Part shown: positions 38,682 to 48,655 of the stretch, piece after piece
Position numbering within the stretch: position 1 is the first letter of the stretch
Layout: the number at the start of each line of letters is the position of its first letter
NCBI GenBank assembly: GCA_964554015.1
Contig: CAZKMO010000003.1
Coordinates: 127 to 64,126, forward strand
Reading direction: 5' to 3'
DNA: 64,000 nucleotides
From: an uncultured bacterium
Lineage (GTDB): Bacteria > Zhuqueibacterota > QNDG01 > CAYUAG01
Notes under the pieces: generated by a model
What the model was told of the DNA's origin: nothing
The model's database searches: none
Seen by the model: the letters and a program-made list of their open reading frames with translations, nothing else
Translations under genes and position numbers: made by a program

Positions 38682-39704
38682 TTACTTTTCACCTATCTCT
38701 CCCTTCTTAACTTTTATCCGCTCATTAATTTGTTGAGTAATATTATTTTTAACCATATTATATGCTTCTTCTATAGCATTCCGGATTGCCCTGGCTGAGG
38801 AACTTCCATGAGCAACAACACAATTACCATTGATACCTAATAATGGTGCTCCTCCATATTCTTGATAATCAAACATTTTAAATATTTTTCTTAAGCTGGG
38901 ACGGAGTAGATACAACCCGATTGTACCCGGTAAATTGCCCCTTATTGTTCTTTTCATACTTTTGGAAAACATACTGGCAAGACTTTCAGCGAATTTAATC
39001 AGCACGTTGCCCACAAAACCGTTGCATACAACCACATCAGCACTCCCCTTCAGGATATCTCTCCCCTCGACATTTCCAATAAAATTAATCGCACTCTTGG
39101 ATAATAATTTATATGCTTGTTGAAGAATTCCTCCTCCTTTGGATTGTTCTTCTCCAATATTTAAAAGACCAACTTTGGGAGAGTGAATTCCTCTGATATA
39201 CTCCATAAATATCGATCCCATTACTCCAAATTGTTGAAAATTAGTAGGTTTAAGATTAACACTGGAACCAACATCCAATAAAAGTCCCGCCCCCTCTTCG
39301 TTGGGAATCAAAGTTCCTATTGCTGGTCTTTCTACCCCCTTTATAGATTTAAGATAGAAATAAGCATTGGTCATTATAGCGCCTGTATTACCAGCACTAA
39401 CAACAGCATTAACCTTATCATCTTTATGAAGACGCATAGCTACTGAAATGGAAGCATCTTTTTTTTCCTTGAAAGCCTTTACCGCTAATTCATCCATTTC
39501 TACATTTTGAGAAGCATGGGCAATAGAGATAGGTAATCTTTTTATAAAATGGTGATGTTTTAATTCTTTTTCCACAGCTTGCTTATCGCCTACTAAGACA
39601 ATTTCGAATCTTTTCGCTGATCTACGAGCTGCTTCAATGGCACCTGTTACTATCTCTTCAGGAGCTTTATCTCCTCCCATGGCATCTACAGCTATCCGTA
39701 TCAT
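38682..39704 (-). CDS. plsX: Phosphate acyltransferase PlsX. Likely start at MIRIAVDAMGGD.
   Basis: IAVDAMGGD N-terminal signature. Confidence 0.9.
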   Translation of the reverse strand: MIRIAVDAMGGDKAPEEIVTGAIEAARRSAKRFEIVLVGDKQAVEKELKHHHFIKRLPISIAHASQNVEMDELAVKAFKEKKDASISVAMRLHKDDKVNAVVSAGNTGAIMTNAYFYLKSIKGVERPAIGTLIPNEEGAGLLLDVGSSVNLKPTNFQQFGVMGSIFMEYIRGIHSPKVGLLNIGEEQSKGGGILQQAYKLLSKSAINFIGNVEGRDILKGSADVVVCNGFVGNVLIKFAESLASMFSKSMKRTIRGNLPGTIGLYLLRPSLRKIFKMFDYQEYGGAPLLGINGNCVVAHGSSSARAIRNAIEEAYNMVKNNITQQINERIKVKKGEIGEK

Positions 39705-39714
39705 TACCAAACCT

Positions 39715-39897
39715 TTATAATTCTCTGGGAACTGCTACTAATCTACCTTTATAATATCCACAATTCGGACAGGCCCGATGGGGAAGTTTTGGTTGATGAC
39801 AGTGTGAACAGGTTCCAATATGAGGTGCACGTAACTTATCGTGAGTACGTCGTTTGTTTCGGCGTGATTTTGAAATTTTTCTTTTTGGTAAAGCCAC
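39715..39897 (-). CDS. rpmF: 50S ribosomal protein L32 (zinc-ribbon form)
   Basis: MALPKRKISKSRRNKRRTHDKL N-terminus with a CxxC...CxxC zinc ribbon. Confidence 0.9.
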   Translation of the reverse strand: MALPKRKISKSRRNKRRTHDKLRAPHIGTCSHCHQPKLPHRACPNCGYYKGRLVAVPREL

Positions 39898-39917
39898 CTA
39901 TTTCTCCTTTAATGCTA

Positions 39918-40448
39918 TCAATCATCAAGCGTAATATTTTTTAATTTATTCCAACGGGGATCTGTAGAGTTATTTTGACACTTACAAGTAATCTTATTAA
40001 GATTAGCTCCGCATTTACTACAAAGGCCCCTGCAGTCTTGTTTACATAATACTTTTGGTGGTATAGAAAGTAATAATAAGTCAAGGATTTCCTGAGTAAT
40101 AGATATTACCTGTGAATGAGGATGTAAAATTTTTACCTCACCGTTTTCACCATTATCCCAGTTATATTTTTTTAAAGAACTTAAAACTGTAATCTTTTCA
40201 GCAATCTTTTTATTAAATATCTCACCACAACGATCACAAATCAAATGAGCAGTGGTAACTACTTCAATTCTAATTATATAATCTTTATCAGTTTTCTCAA
40301 CCTTTGCCTCTACTCTTATCGCCTCAGGAAATCTTTTATCACTCCCATTTGTTAATTGATCAAAAACTGTGGTGAAATCAAAATTTAATTGCCCTCTTTC
40401 TATTTCATGAAGAGCAATTGTTAAATTTTCATTAATTTTTAAAGCCAA
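39918..40448 (-). CDS. yceD: DUF177 / YceD family protein
   Basis: Cysteine-rich C-terminus CDRCGE...CKQDCRGLCSKCGANLN...CKC, in the conserved position upstream of rpmF-plsX. Confidence 0.75.
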   Translation of the reverse strand: MALKINENLTIALHEIERGQLNFDFTTVFDQLTNGSDKRFPEAIRVEAKVEKTDKDYIIRIEVVTTAHLICDRCGEIFNKKIAEKITVLSSLKKYNWDNGENGEVKILHPHSQVISITQEILDLLLLSIPPKVLCKQDCRGLCSKCGANLNKITCKCQNNSTDPRWNKLKNITLDD

Positions 40449-40503
40449 ATTTATTGATTTATTTAATAAGAAGCAAGTTAAAAAGTATAATTAATAATAT
40501 TTT

Positions 40504-41907
40504 TTACCACTTCCCATCTGTCAGATATTGATGAATTGCTTTCGCCGCTTTTCTTCCTGCCCCCATAGCGGAAATAACGGTTGCCGCTCCTGTGGCAACA
40601 TCACCTCCGGCAAACACTCCCTTTTTAGATGTTTTGCCGGTTTCTTCATCAATTATAACTGTACCTCTTTTGCTTATTTCAAGATCCTTGGTAGTATTGG
40701 GAATTAAGGGATTGGGACTATTTCCAATAGCCACCACCACTACATCAACAGGAACTTTAAAGTTTGATCCTTCCATGGGAATAGGCCTTCTTCTTCCCGA
40801 AGAATCTGGTTCTCCTAACTTCATACGAATACATTCAGCATATTTTACCTCGCCCCTGCTATCACCATGATAGGCCACCGGATTGGTGAGTAAATTAAAT
40901 TGTACACCTTCCTGCTCAGCATGATGGATCTCTTCATCCCGGGCAGGCATTTCTTTTCTGGATCGCCTATAAATTATTAAGGATTTTTCCGCTCCCAATC
41001 TTAAGGCAGTCCGGGCAGCATCCATGGCAACATTACCTCCCCCTACGGTAGCAACACATTTTCCCCGGGCAATGGGGGTATCATATTCAGGAAAAAGGTA
41101 TGCTTTCATTAAATTTGCCCGGGTTAAATATTCATTAGCGGAATAGATATTATTAAGATTTTCACCGGGAATGAACATGAACCAGGGAAGTCCGGCACCG
41201 GTACCTAAAAAAACTGCATCGTGTTCTTCTAAAAGTTCATCAACAGTTAATACGGTGCCTATAACAAAATTCTTTTTAAGCTCCACTCCCATCCTGCAAA
41301 GGAATTCAACCTCTCTTTTTACAATTTTTTTGGGTAAACGAAATTCTGGAATACCATATACCAACACTCCTCCAGCTTTATGTAATGCCTCATACATTGT
41401 TACCTTATACCCTAATTGAATGAGATCACCCGCCACGGTAATTCCAGCTGGTCCTGAACCTACCACTGCAATACTTTTTCCAGTAGATTTTTTTCTTTTC
41501 AGCAGAGGTGCCTCTCCCTGTTCAGCCTCCCAATCAGCCGCAAATCGCTCCAGTCTTCCGATTGCCACCGGTTCCATCTTTTTCCCCAGTACACACATTT
41601 TTTCACATTGTTCTTCTTGCGGACATACACGACCGCATACGGAGGGCAGTACATTTTTTTCTTTTAGAATATGAATAGCTTCGCTAAAATTCCCTTCCGC
41701 TATTTTTCCTATAAAACCGGGAATATTGATTTCCACCGGACAACCGTTAACACATAAAGGTTTTTTGCACTGAAGGCAGCGATTAGCTTCCCTAACAGCT
41801 TCTTTCTCAGAATAACCATAGGGCACTTCCAAATTGTTATGGATTCGTTCTTCCGGAGGTTGCTCCCGCATTTTGGTTTTTTTGTCTTGAATTTTCTTAC
41901 CCATCAT
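40504..41907 (-). CDS. GltD-like NAD(P)H-dependent iron-sulfur flavoprotein (NfnB / SudA family)
   Basis: N-terminal CLQCKKPLCVNGCPV cluster motifs; two dinucleotide-binding folds (VAVVGSGPAG, VATVGGGNVAMD). Confidence 0.8.
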   Translation of the reverse strand: MMGKKIQDKKTKMREQPPEERIHNNLEVPYGYSEKEAVREANRCLQCKKPLCVNGCPVEINIPGFIGKIAEGNFSEAIHILKEKNVLPSVCGRVCPQEEQCEKMCVLGKKMEPVAIGRLERFAADWEAEQGEAPLLKRKKSTGKSIAVVGSGPAGITVAGDLIQLGYKVTMYEALHKAGGVLVYGIPEFRLPKKIVKREVEFLCRMGVELKKNFVIGTVLTVDELLEEHDAVFLGTGAGLPWFMFIPGENLNNIYSANEYLTRANLMKAYLFPEYDTPIARGKCVATVGGGNVAMDAARTALRLGAEKSLIIYRRSRKEMPARDEEIHHAEQEGVQFNLLTNPVAYHGDSRGEVKYAECIRMKLGEPDSSGRRRPIPMEGSNFKVPVDVVVVAIGNSPNPLIPNTTKDLEISKRGTVIIDEETGKTSKKGVFAGGDVATGAATVISAMGAGRKAAKAIHQYLTDGKW

Positions 41908-41929
41908 TTATCTCTAATTTTTCTTCTAT

Positions 41930-42748
41930 TTAATGATTAATTTCTTCAGAGTTGGTCTCTTCTTTAATATAAATTCTTCTTCTAGTGAGGAGGAGATCCC
42001 AGTTTATTTGATGCCCATCAAAATCTGGTCCGTCTACACAGGCAAATTTTGTTTCCCCACCTACTTCAACCCGACAGGCGCCACACATACCAGTTCCATC
42101 TACCATTACCGGATTCAAGCTCACTATGGTTTTTATTTGGTCAGCTCTGGTTGCTTCTGATACATCATACATCATAAATGTACATCCAATGGAAATAATT
42201 CTGTCAATAGTTTTCTCCTGTAGAATTATTTCTTTCAGCCGATCAGAATTATGCCCTTTTTTACCTGCAGAGCCATCCATAGTGGAAATTATCAGATCAT
42301 CACTGACCTCACTTAATTTATCCTCCCAGTATAGCAGAAAACTGCTTCTTGCCTCAATTACACTTATTACTTTATTCCCACGACTTTTCATTGCTCTTGC
42401 TACTGGATAAATACTGCCAATTCCATAGCATCCCCCTACACAAACTACGGTACCGTAATTTTTAATTTCAATCATCTTTCCCAAAGGTCCCACAAAAGTA
42501 GGAATATAATCTCCCTTTTTTAATTCTGCCATTTTTCGGGAAGATCTTCCCACTTGCATAAAAACGCAGGTAACAGTACCTTGCTCTCGATCCCAATCAG
42601 CAACTGTCAAGGGAATTCGTTCCCCGTATTCATCAAGCTTAACAATTACAAAATGACCGGGTTGTATTTTTCGAGCAATAAAAGGGTCTTCAACCGTTAA
42701 CAAGTGGATATTAGGAACCAACATTTTCCGCTCAATTATTTTGTTCAT
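41930..42748 (-). CDS. PyrK-like FAD/[2Fe-2S] ferredoxin-NADP reductase-type subunit (NfnA / SudB family)
   Basis: PyrK-like fold; C-terminal cluster cysteines in GTGMCGACRVEVGGETKFACVDGPDF. Confidence 0.75.
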   Translation of the reverse strand: MNKIIERKMLVPNIHLLTVEDPFIARKIQPGHFVIVKLDEYGERIPLTVADWDREQGTVTCVFMQVGRSSRKMAELKKGDYIPTFVGPLGKMIEIKNYGTVVCVGGCYGIGSIYPVARAMKSRGNKVISVIEARSSFLLYWEDKLSEVSDDLIISTMDGSAGKKGHNSDRLKEIILQEKTIDRIISIGCTFMMYDVSEATRADQIKTIVSLNPVMVDGTGMCGACRVEVGGETKFACVDGPDFDGHQINWDLLLTRRRIYIKEETNSEEINH

Positions 42749-45266
42749 ATGTACCTTTCTCTATGTTAACCAGATTTACATTTCCTTTTACTAATCTTCC
42801 ATATACATCATTTCTTCCCAACCAGGTATAAAGAGTTTTATCTTTAACTCTGGAAGTGATCTTCACCATCCGATAAATCAATAATCCATCAGGAAATTTA
42901 AGCAAAACCGTTTCCCCATTCTTCACTCCTGCCTTTTTGGCATCCTCAGGGCTGATTTCAACCTTGCTCTCTGGTAGAACTTTTTCCATATCAGCAATAG
43001 TCTCTGTAAAGGCTCCATTACGATAACTTAAAAGATTCCAGCCAAACATCAAGGTATAAGGATATGACTTGCCCGCCTCACCGGATTTCCCCTTAATTGC
43101 GAAGGGGATAAACGTGCTGTCGGTATCTTTAATTTTGCTCCTGGCAAGATACTTTCCCCCTTTCCCCAATTTTTGGGAGGATAATCCCTTAAAGGCAGGA
43201 AAAGAACGTGCTATTTCCTTAAAAATTTCAGAAGTATTTTTATATTCGGGATCTGTCCTTTTAATTTTCTGGATAATTTTACTGCTGATCCACCAATCCG
43301 GTTTTGTATTGATGTGAGCTTTGACAGCACTTTTTACTCGCTGTACTCTTCCTTCCAAATTAATAATAGTTCCATCTCTCTCCATTAAATGAGAGGCAGG
43401 AAGTATAAGATCAGCTTCTTTTAGGTATGGAGGTGGAAAGACACTTTGAACAACCAGAAAATCCAGTTTGGCTATGCAATCCACCTGGGGGAGTTCACCT
43501 GCTGCATATAAACACTTAATTTTACCGGCTTCCATGTTATTAATAATATCAGTTATATTAGTATCAGTATCACCTATTTCCATCCACCCCCTCAGATTGC
43601 TCTCTCCCACCACGGGCAGAAGTTTACCTTTCTCTAAACTAAGCACTAAATCGCCAAGAGCTGTGAGGGTATCTTTAACTCCCTTCTGCAATGCTATATC
43701 CGGACCGATGAGAAAAGTGAGGGATGAACAAGTTCTTAAAAGAGCATCCAAATCTTCCAGAATATTCCCAGAAATTCCAGTTTTTTTGCTGACCCAGGAG
43801 AGATCAACTTTTTCGATTATTTTTTCTATTTTTTGGGATCCTTTTCCAGATAAATTATTCCGTTCCTTAATCATTTTTAGTAAACCGGCAATAAGGATTC
43901 TGTCTGAATCCGGGTGTATCTGCACAAATAAATCAGCTTTATCAGCAAGTTTTGATTTTCTAAAATCTACTACGATCAGTTTTGTTCCCGCATTTTGGGC
44001 CTGCGCAACCCGAAAAGCTGCAATGGGATGGGAATCGGAAATATCACCCCCCCATATCACCAGTAACTTAGATTTGACTAGGTCATCCCAGGTGGCCAAG
44101 GGGATATGTGCTCTTTGCAGTTCCAGCAGGGCAGTATGGAATTGATTTTGGCTACATAGGGATGAGAGGGCAATATTGCTACTGTGCATGGTTTCCCGGG
44201 TTAATTTGTGCAATAAAAACATGTCTTCAGTGGTATTATGAGGAGAAACAATACAGCCGAATTCTTCTTCCTTATAATTTAAAAATTTTTCCGCAATCAG
44301 AGATAAGGCCTTATCCCAGGAAGTTTCTATCCATCTTTCCTCTTTCTTGATCATGGGATTCTTTAAGCGATCAGAATGTTGCACCTGTTCAGTTATTCCA
44401 AAACGACCTCGCATACAAGCTTGTCCCAGATTTACGGATGAATTCAAAGTGGGGGTTGTGTTGATAAACTCACTGTCCTTGAGATTATAATCCAGAGAAC
44501 ATCCTACCGAACAATAAGGACACAGGGAGCTAATTGAGGTATCTATAACTCCTTCCCATTTACTTCTTTTATCATAAAGTGCACCCGTGGGACAGACATC
44601 CACACAGGCACCGCAAAATTCGCATCCTGCTTCCAGGTGAGATTTATGGAAGGCAGTACCTACTATGGTCCGATCTCCCCGGTTAATAAAGGTCAATACT
44701 CCCTTATTCCTGACTTCATTACATACCCGGACACATCGACCGCATAATATGCAGAGGTTGTAATCGCGGTCAAAAAAGGGATCATCCTGTTCAACCGGTA
44801 ATTTTCTATAGGAAATGGGAAATTCAATAGTATCCAATTTTAAATATTCTACTAGGTTCTGAAGTTCGCAGCTGCCGTTTTGGGGACAGTACTGACAACC
44901 GGTGGTTACTCCCACCTTCCTGATTGTTTTTTGATAGTCGTCGCAGTTATTCCGTTTATCACATACCAGACAGGTATAGGGATGTTCAGATAGGGTTAAT
45001 TGTAAGATATTACGTCTCAGGGAATTAAGCTGATCAGAATTAGTTTTTACCACCATACCATCCTCAACCGGAGTAGTGCAGGCAGTGGGATAGCCACGCC
45101 GTCCTTTAATTTCCACCATACAAAGTCTGCAGTTTCCGGCTGGTTCCAATAAGGGATGGTCACATAAGGTAGGTATATAAATACCGGCTTTTTTAGCAGC
45201 CTGCAGAACCATCATTCCAGCTTTTGCTTTCACTTTTTTGCCATCAATTTCTAAAACAATACTCAT
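42732..45266 (-). CDS. NuoG / formate-dehydrogenase-alpha-like molybdopterin-oxidoreductase-family subunit: N-terminal 2Fe-2S ferredoxin, 4Fe-4S domains and an MoCo-type domain. No obvious Sec or Cys Mo ligand.
   Basis: 2Fe-2S CDHPLLEPAGNCRLCMV; HxxxC...C cluster; two CxxCxxCxxxCP; CPYCSVGC Mop-type 4Fe-4S; VIWGGDISDSHPIAAFRV aligns with FdhF LVFVFGYNPADSHPIVANHV. No in-frame TGA. Confidence 0.65.
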   Translation of the reverse strand: MSIVLEIDGKKVKAKAGMMVLQAAKKAGIYIPTLCDHPLLEPAGNCRLCMVEIKGRRGYPTACTTPVEDGMVVKTNSDQLNSLRRNILQLTLSEHPYTCLVCDKRNNCDDYQKTIRKVGVTTGCQYCPQNGSCELQNLVEYLKLDTIEFPISYRKLPVEQDDPFFDRDYNLCILCGRCVRVCNEVRNKGVLTFINRGDRTIVGTAFHKSHLEAGCEFCGACVDVCPTGALYDKRSKWEGVIDTSISSLCPYCSVGCSLDYNLKDSEFINTTPTLNSSVNLGQACMRGRFGITEQVQHSDRLKNPMIKKEERWIETSWDKALSLIAEKFLNYKEEEFGCIVSPHNTTEDMFLLHKLTRETMHSSNIALSSLCSQNQFHTALLELQRAHIPLATWDDLVKSKLLVIWGGDISDSHPIAAFRVAQAQNAGTKLIVVDFRKSKLADKADLFVQIHPDSDRILIAGLLKMIKERNNLSGKGSQKIEKIIEKVDLSWVSKKTGISGNILEDLDALLRTCSSLTFLIGPDIALQKGVKDTLTALGDLVLSLEKGKLLPVVGESNLRGWMEIGDTDTNITDIINNMEAGKIKCLYAAGELPQVDCIAKLDFLVVQSVFPPPYLKEADLILPASHLMERDGTIINLEGRVQRVKSAVKAHINTKPDWWISSKIIQKIKRTDPEYKNTSEIFKEIARSFPAFKGLSSQKLGKGGKYLARSKIKDTDSTFIPFAIKGKSGEAGKSYPYTLMFGWNLLSYRNGAFTETIADMEKVLPESKVEISPEDAKKAGVKNGETVLLKFPDGLLIYRMVKITSRVKDKTLYTWLGRNDVYGRLVKGNVNLVNIEKGTYEQNN

Positions 45267-45276
45267 GAAATCCTCT

Positions 45277-47091
45277 TTATTCTATAACTATAGCATCAAA
45301 TTTACATACTTCTTTACAGCTTCCGCATTGGGTGCAGAGTGTTTTATCGATAACGTGAGGTTGATTTTTTTCTCCCTTGATAGCTTCAACCGGACATGCC
45401 TTCAGGCAGACCCTACAGCCAGTGCATTTTTGAGTATCAATTCGATAGGTAATCAGTGCCTTACATACACCTGCCGGACATTTCTTATCTTTTATATGCG
45501 CTTCATATTCTTCCGGAAAATACTGTATTGTGGTCAGCACCGGATTAGGGGCTGTTTGACCCAATCCGCACAAAGAACCATTTTGAATGGTTGTTGCCAG
45601 TTCCTTAAGACGGGTCACATCACCTTTCTGTCCCCTCCCTTCTGTGATGGCATTTAAAATTTCCTTCATTCTCTGCAGTCCTACCCGGCAGGGAGTACAC
45701 TTGCCACAGGATTCATCTGCCAGGAAGGATACAAAATACAGGGCAACATCAACCATACAGGTATCCTCATCCATAATAATGAGGCCACCGGATCCCATAA
45801 TAGCACCTGCTTTATTCAATTCCTCATAATCTATGGGCAGATCAATAAGTGAAGCGGGAATGCATCCACCCGAAGGGCCCCCTGACTGTACTGCTTTAAA
45901 TTTCTTACCATTCGGAATACCCCCTCCTATACTATAAATTATTTCCCGCAGAGTAATACCCATTGGTACCTCTACCAGTCCGGAATTATTAATCTTACCG
46001 ACCAGGGAAAAAACTTTTGTTCCCTTACTCTTTTCTGTTCCCAATCCGGAAAACCAAGCACTTCCCTTAAGAATAATCATGGGTACATTGGCCCAGGTTT
46101 CCACATTATTGATATTGGTAGGCTTTCCCCATAAGCCCTTCTCAGCCGGATAAGGAGGTCGTGATCTCGGTCTTCCCACTTTTCCTTCAATGGAAGCCAT
46201 GAGTGCCGTCTCCTCCCCGCATACGAATGCTCCTCCTCCCCGAATTACTTCAATTTCAAAATCAAATCCTGTATTAAATATATTTTTACCCAACAGGCCG
46301 TATACAGTTGCTTGTTGAATTGCCTTCTTAATCCTGTCAACGGCAAGGGGATATTCGTCCCTTACATAGATAAATCCCTGATGTGCTCCCATAGCTTTGG
46401 CCCCAATAGTCATTCCCTCTATTATAGAATGGGGATCAGCTTCCAGGAGAGATCTATCCATATAGGCTCCCGGATCTCCCTCATCTGCATTACAGATCAG
46501 ATATTTTACTTTTCCCTTAGATTTTCGACATAATTCCCATTTCAATCCAGTAGGAAAGCCAGCTCCTCCCCTGCCCCGCAGTCCGGAAGTTTTTATCTCA
46601 GATAGTATCTTTCCAGGAGTCATTGAGGTTAATGCCTTAGCTAAGGCGGCATATCCATCAAAACTTATATATTCATCAATGCTTTCCGGATCCATTCTTC
46701 CCCTGTTCCTGAGTACAACCAAACGTTGATATTTGAAAAATTCAACATCCTGCATAGTGGGAATTTGTTTTTTTTCTTCCGGGGGAATATACATTAACTT
46801 TTTTACAGGATTACCTTTTAAAAAATGTTCTTCCACCAACAAGGGAATATCCTTTTCTTGGAGTTGTTGATAGAAGATATTATCCGGTTGTACAACTGCA
46901 ATTGGTCCCCGTTCGCAGAATCCATGACAATCTGTTTCCCTGACCTGCACTTTATTCTCAAGTCCTTGTTTTTTAATCTCTTGAATAAAAGTATTCTTGA
47001 TATCCCGGGATGCATGAGAATGACAGGATGTCCCTGCACAAATTAGTACTTGGATTTTAGGGGTCGCTTTTTTTGTTTTCATTCTATTCAT
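45277..47091 (-). CDS. NuoF-like NAD(H)-binding FMN iron-sulfur subunit (HydB/HndC/FdhB type) with an N-terminal thioredoxin-like 2Fe-2S domain and a C-terminal 2x[4Fe-4S] ferredoxin
   Basis: GGAGFPTGLKW, CGKCTPCRVG, C-terminal CTGCRVCLKACP and CTQCGSCKEVC. Confidence 0.85.
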   Translation of the reverse strand: MNRMKTKKATPKIQVLICAGTSCHSHASRDIKNTFIQEIKKQGLENKVQVRETDCHGFCERGPIAVVQPDNIFYQQLQEKDIPLLVEEHFLKGNPVKKLMYIPPEEKKQIPTMQDVEFFKYQRLVVLRNRGRMDPESIDEYISFDGYAALAKALTSMTPGKILSEIKTSGLRGRGGAGFPTGLKWELCRKSKGKVKYLICNADEGDPGAYMDRSLLEADPHSIIEGMTIGAKAMGAHQGFIYVRDEYPLAVDRIKKAIQQATVYGLLGKNIFNTGFDFEIEVIRGGGAFVCGEETALMASIEGKVGRPRSRPPYPAEKGLWGKPTNINNVETWANVPMIILKGSAWFSGLGTEKSKGTKVFSLVGKINNSGLVEVPMGITLREIIYSIGGGIPNGKKFKAVQSGGPSGGCIPASLIDLPIDYEELNKAGAIMGSGGLIIMDEDTCMVDVALYFVSFLADESCGKCTPCRVGLQRMKEILNAITEGRGQKGDVTRLKELATTIQNGSLCGLGQTAPNPVLTTIQYFPEEYEAHIKDKKCPAGVCKALITYRIDTQKCTGCRVCLKACPVEAIKGEKNQPHVIDKTLCTQCGSCKEVCKFDAIVIE

Positions 47092-47539
47092 ACTTTTTTA
47101 ATACTTTCTCTAGTTTTTTCTGATTCAGTTTTCCATGAAAATCTCCATCTATCACTACCACCGGTGCCAAGCCACAACAGCCAACACAGCGCACCGCCTC
47201 CAAGGTAAAACGCTTATCTTTGGTGGTTTCACCTGGATTAATCTCTAAATCCCGCTTTAGTTTATCCAGCAGTTTTGCTCCTCCTTTTACATGACAGGCA
47301 GTACCCAGACATACATTAATGGTATGACGTCCCCGGGGAGCCAGACTGAAAACTTTATAAAAGGTTGCCAGCGAATATAAACGTGACAAAGGTACTTTAA
47401 GTTCTTTGGCAACAAGGGATAGTTCCTCTTGAGGAAGATATCCCTTATGTTTCTGAATATCCTGGAGAATGGGAATTAATCCTGATTGCTTTTTTCCGTA
47501 TTGCTCCATGATTTTATTAATTGCTGACAAAAAAAACAC
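47084..47539 (-). CDS. NuoE-like thioredoxin-fold 2Fe-2S subunit (HydC/HoxE type)
   Basis: CLGTACHVKG...VRCVGCCGLAPVV cluster motif. Confidence 0.85.
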   Translation of the reverse strand: MFFLSAINKIMEQYGKKQSGLIPILQDIQKHKGYLPQEELSLVAKELKVPLSRLYSLATFYKVFSLAPRGRHTINVCLGTACHVKGGAKLLDKLKRDLEINPGETTKDKRFTLEAVRCVGCCGLAPVVVIDGDFHGKLNQKKLEKVLKKYE

Positions 47540-47563
47540 CTCCCAGAATTAGTAATAAAATTG

Positions 47564-48076
47564 TTATTCCTTAGGGTAATCATGTATGTTAGAGAGAATT
47601 TTATCCTTGATTGTTTCAATTATTGCCGGCAAAGAAGATTTTATTTCCGGAGTGCAATTCTCATTAAAAGTCGAAATATCCTTGACTACCACTCCGTAAA
47701 TGGTGATATCACCGGTTATATTCATATTTATTTTCCTGGCTAAGCTAATTGCTTCCTTTAAGGATACCTGGTGTCTGGTCCAGGCAGAACCGCCTTTGAC
47801 ATCATTTAAGTTCATTTCAATTAAAGAACCGATGGATTCATCATTAGAAAGAACGGAATCGATTAAAATTACCCTTTTATAATCTGCCATAACATCTATC
47901 AGTTCCAATCCACCCATACTTGCCTCTTGGGTAACAATGTCGGGATTATCCAGGACTTTTTCAAGCTCTCTTACAATATAAATCCCCACACCATCATCAG
48001 AAAGTATGGTATTACCCAGTCCGATAATGAGTGTTTTCCCTTTTCTGTCTTCTGTAGTTAACAAGGAATGCCTCAT
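47564..48076 (-). CDS. NiFe-hydrogenase maturation endopeptidase (HyaD/HybD/HycI family)
   Basis: TLIIGLGNTILSDDGVGIYIV N-terminal family signature; 170 aa; 4-nt overlap with the fumarate hydratase beta subunit. Confidence 0.7.
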   Translation of the reverse strand: MRHSLLTTEDRKGKTLIIGLGNTILSDDGVGIYIVRELEKVLDNPDIVTQEASMGGLELIDVMADYKRVILIDSVLSNDESIGSLIEMNLNDVKGGSAWTRHQVSLKEAISLARKINMNITGDITIYGVVVKDISTFNENCTPEIKSSLPAIIETIKDKILSNIHDYPKE

Positions 48077-48630
48077 ACCTTTTGATATGTATCGATACCG
48101 ACCTTATATAAATCTCCACCCCGAACATCATTGACCACTACTGCAGGAAAATCAACCACTTCCAAACGGCGGATGGCTTCCGGACCCAGATCTTCATAGG
48201 CAACAAACTCAGCTTTTTTTACTGCTTTGGCCATTAAGGCTGCTGCTCCTCCAATAGCGCCAAAATAAACTGCTTTATATTTTTTCATGGCTTCTATAAC
48301 TTCCTGTCCCCGGTTTCCTTTGCCTATCATACCTTTCAGCCCATATTCAATAAGTCGGGGAGCAAAAGGATCCATTCTATAACTGGTGGTGGGACCGATT
48401 GAACCAATCGGTTTACCCGGTTTTGCCGGTGCCGGACCAGCGTAATAAATAATTTGATTTTTCAGATCAACCGGTAAATCCTTCCCCTTGTCCAAGGCAT
48501 CAATTAATCTTTTATGGGCTGAATCTCTACCGGTAAAAATTACACCTGTGATCAAAACGGAATCACCTATGGTAAGATCTTCAACTATTCCATTGGTCAA
48601 GGGAGTAATGATTTTTTTTATCGTTGACAT
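48073..48630 (-). CDS. Class I (Fe-S) fumarate/tartrate hydro-lyase, beta subunit
   Basis: FumA/TtdB C-terminal-domain family: DLTIGDSVLITGVIFTGRDSAHKRL. Confidence 0.85.
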   Translation of the reverse strand: MSTIKKIITPLTNGIVEDLTIGDSVLITGVIFTGRDSAHKRLIDALDKGKDLPVDLKNQIIYYAGPAPAKPGKPIGSIGPTTSYRMDPFAPRLIEYGLKGMIGKGNRGQEVIEAMKKYKAVYFGAIGGAAALMAKAVKKAEFVAYEDLGPEAIRRLEVVDFPAVVVNDVRGGDLYKVGIDTYQKV

Positions 48631-48655
48631 AGTATACTCCTCGATAAATATATAT

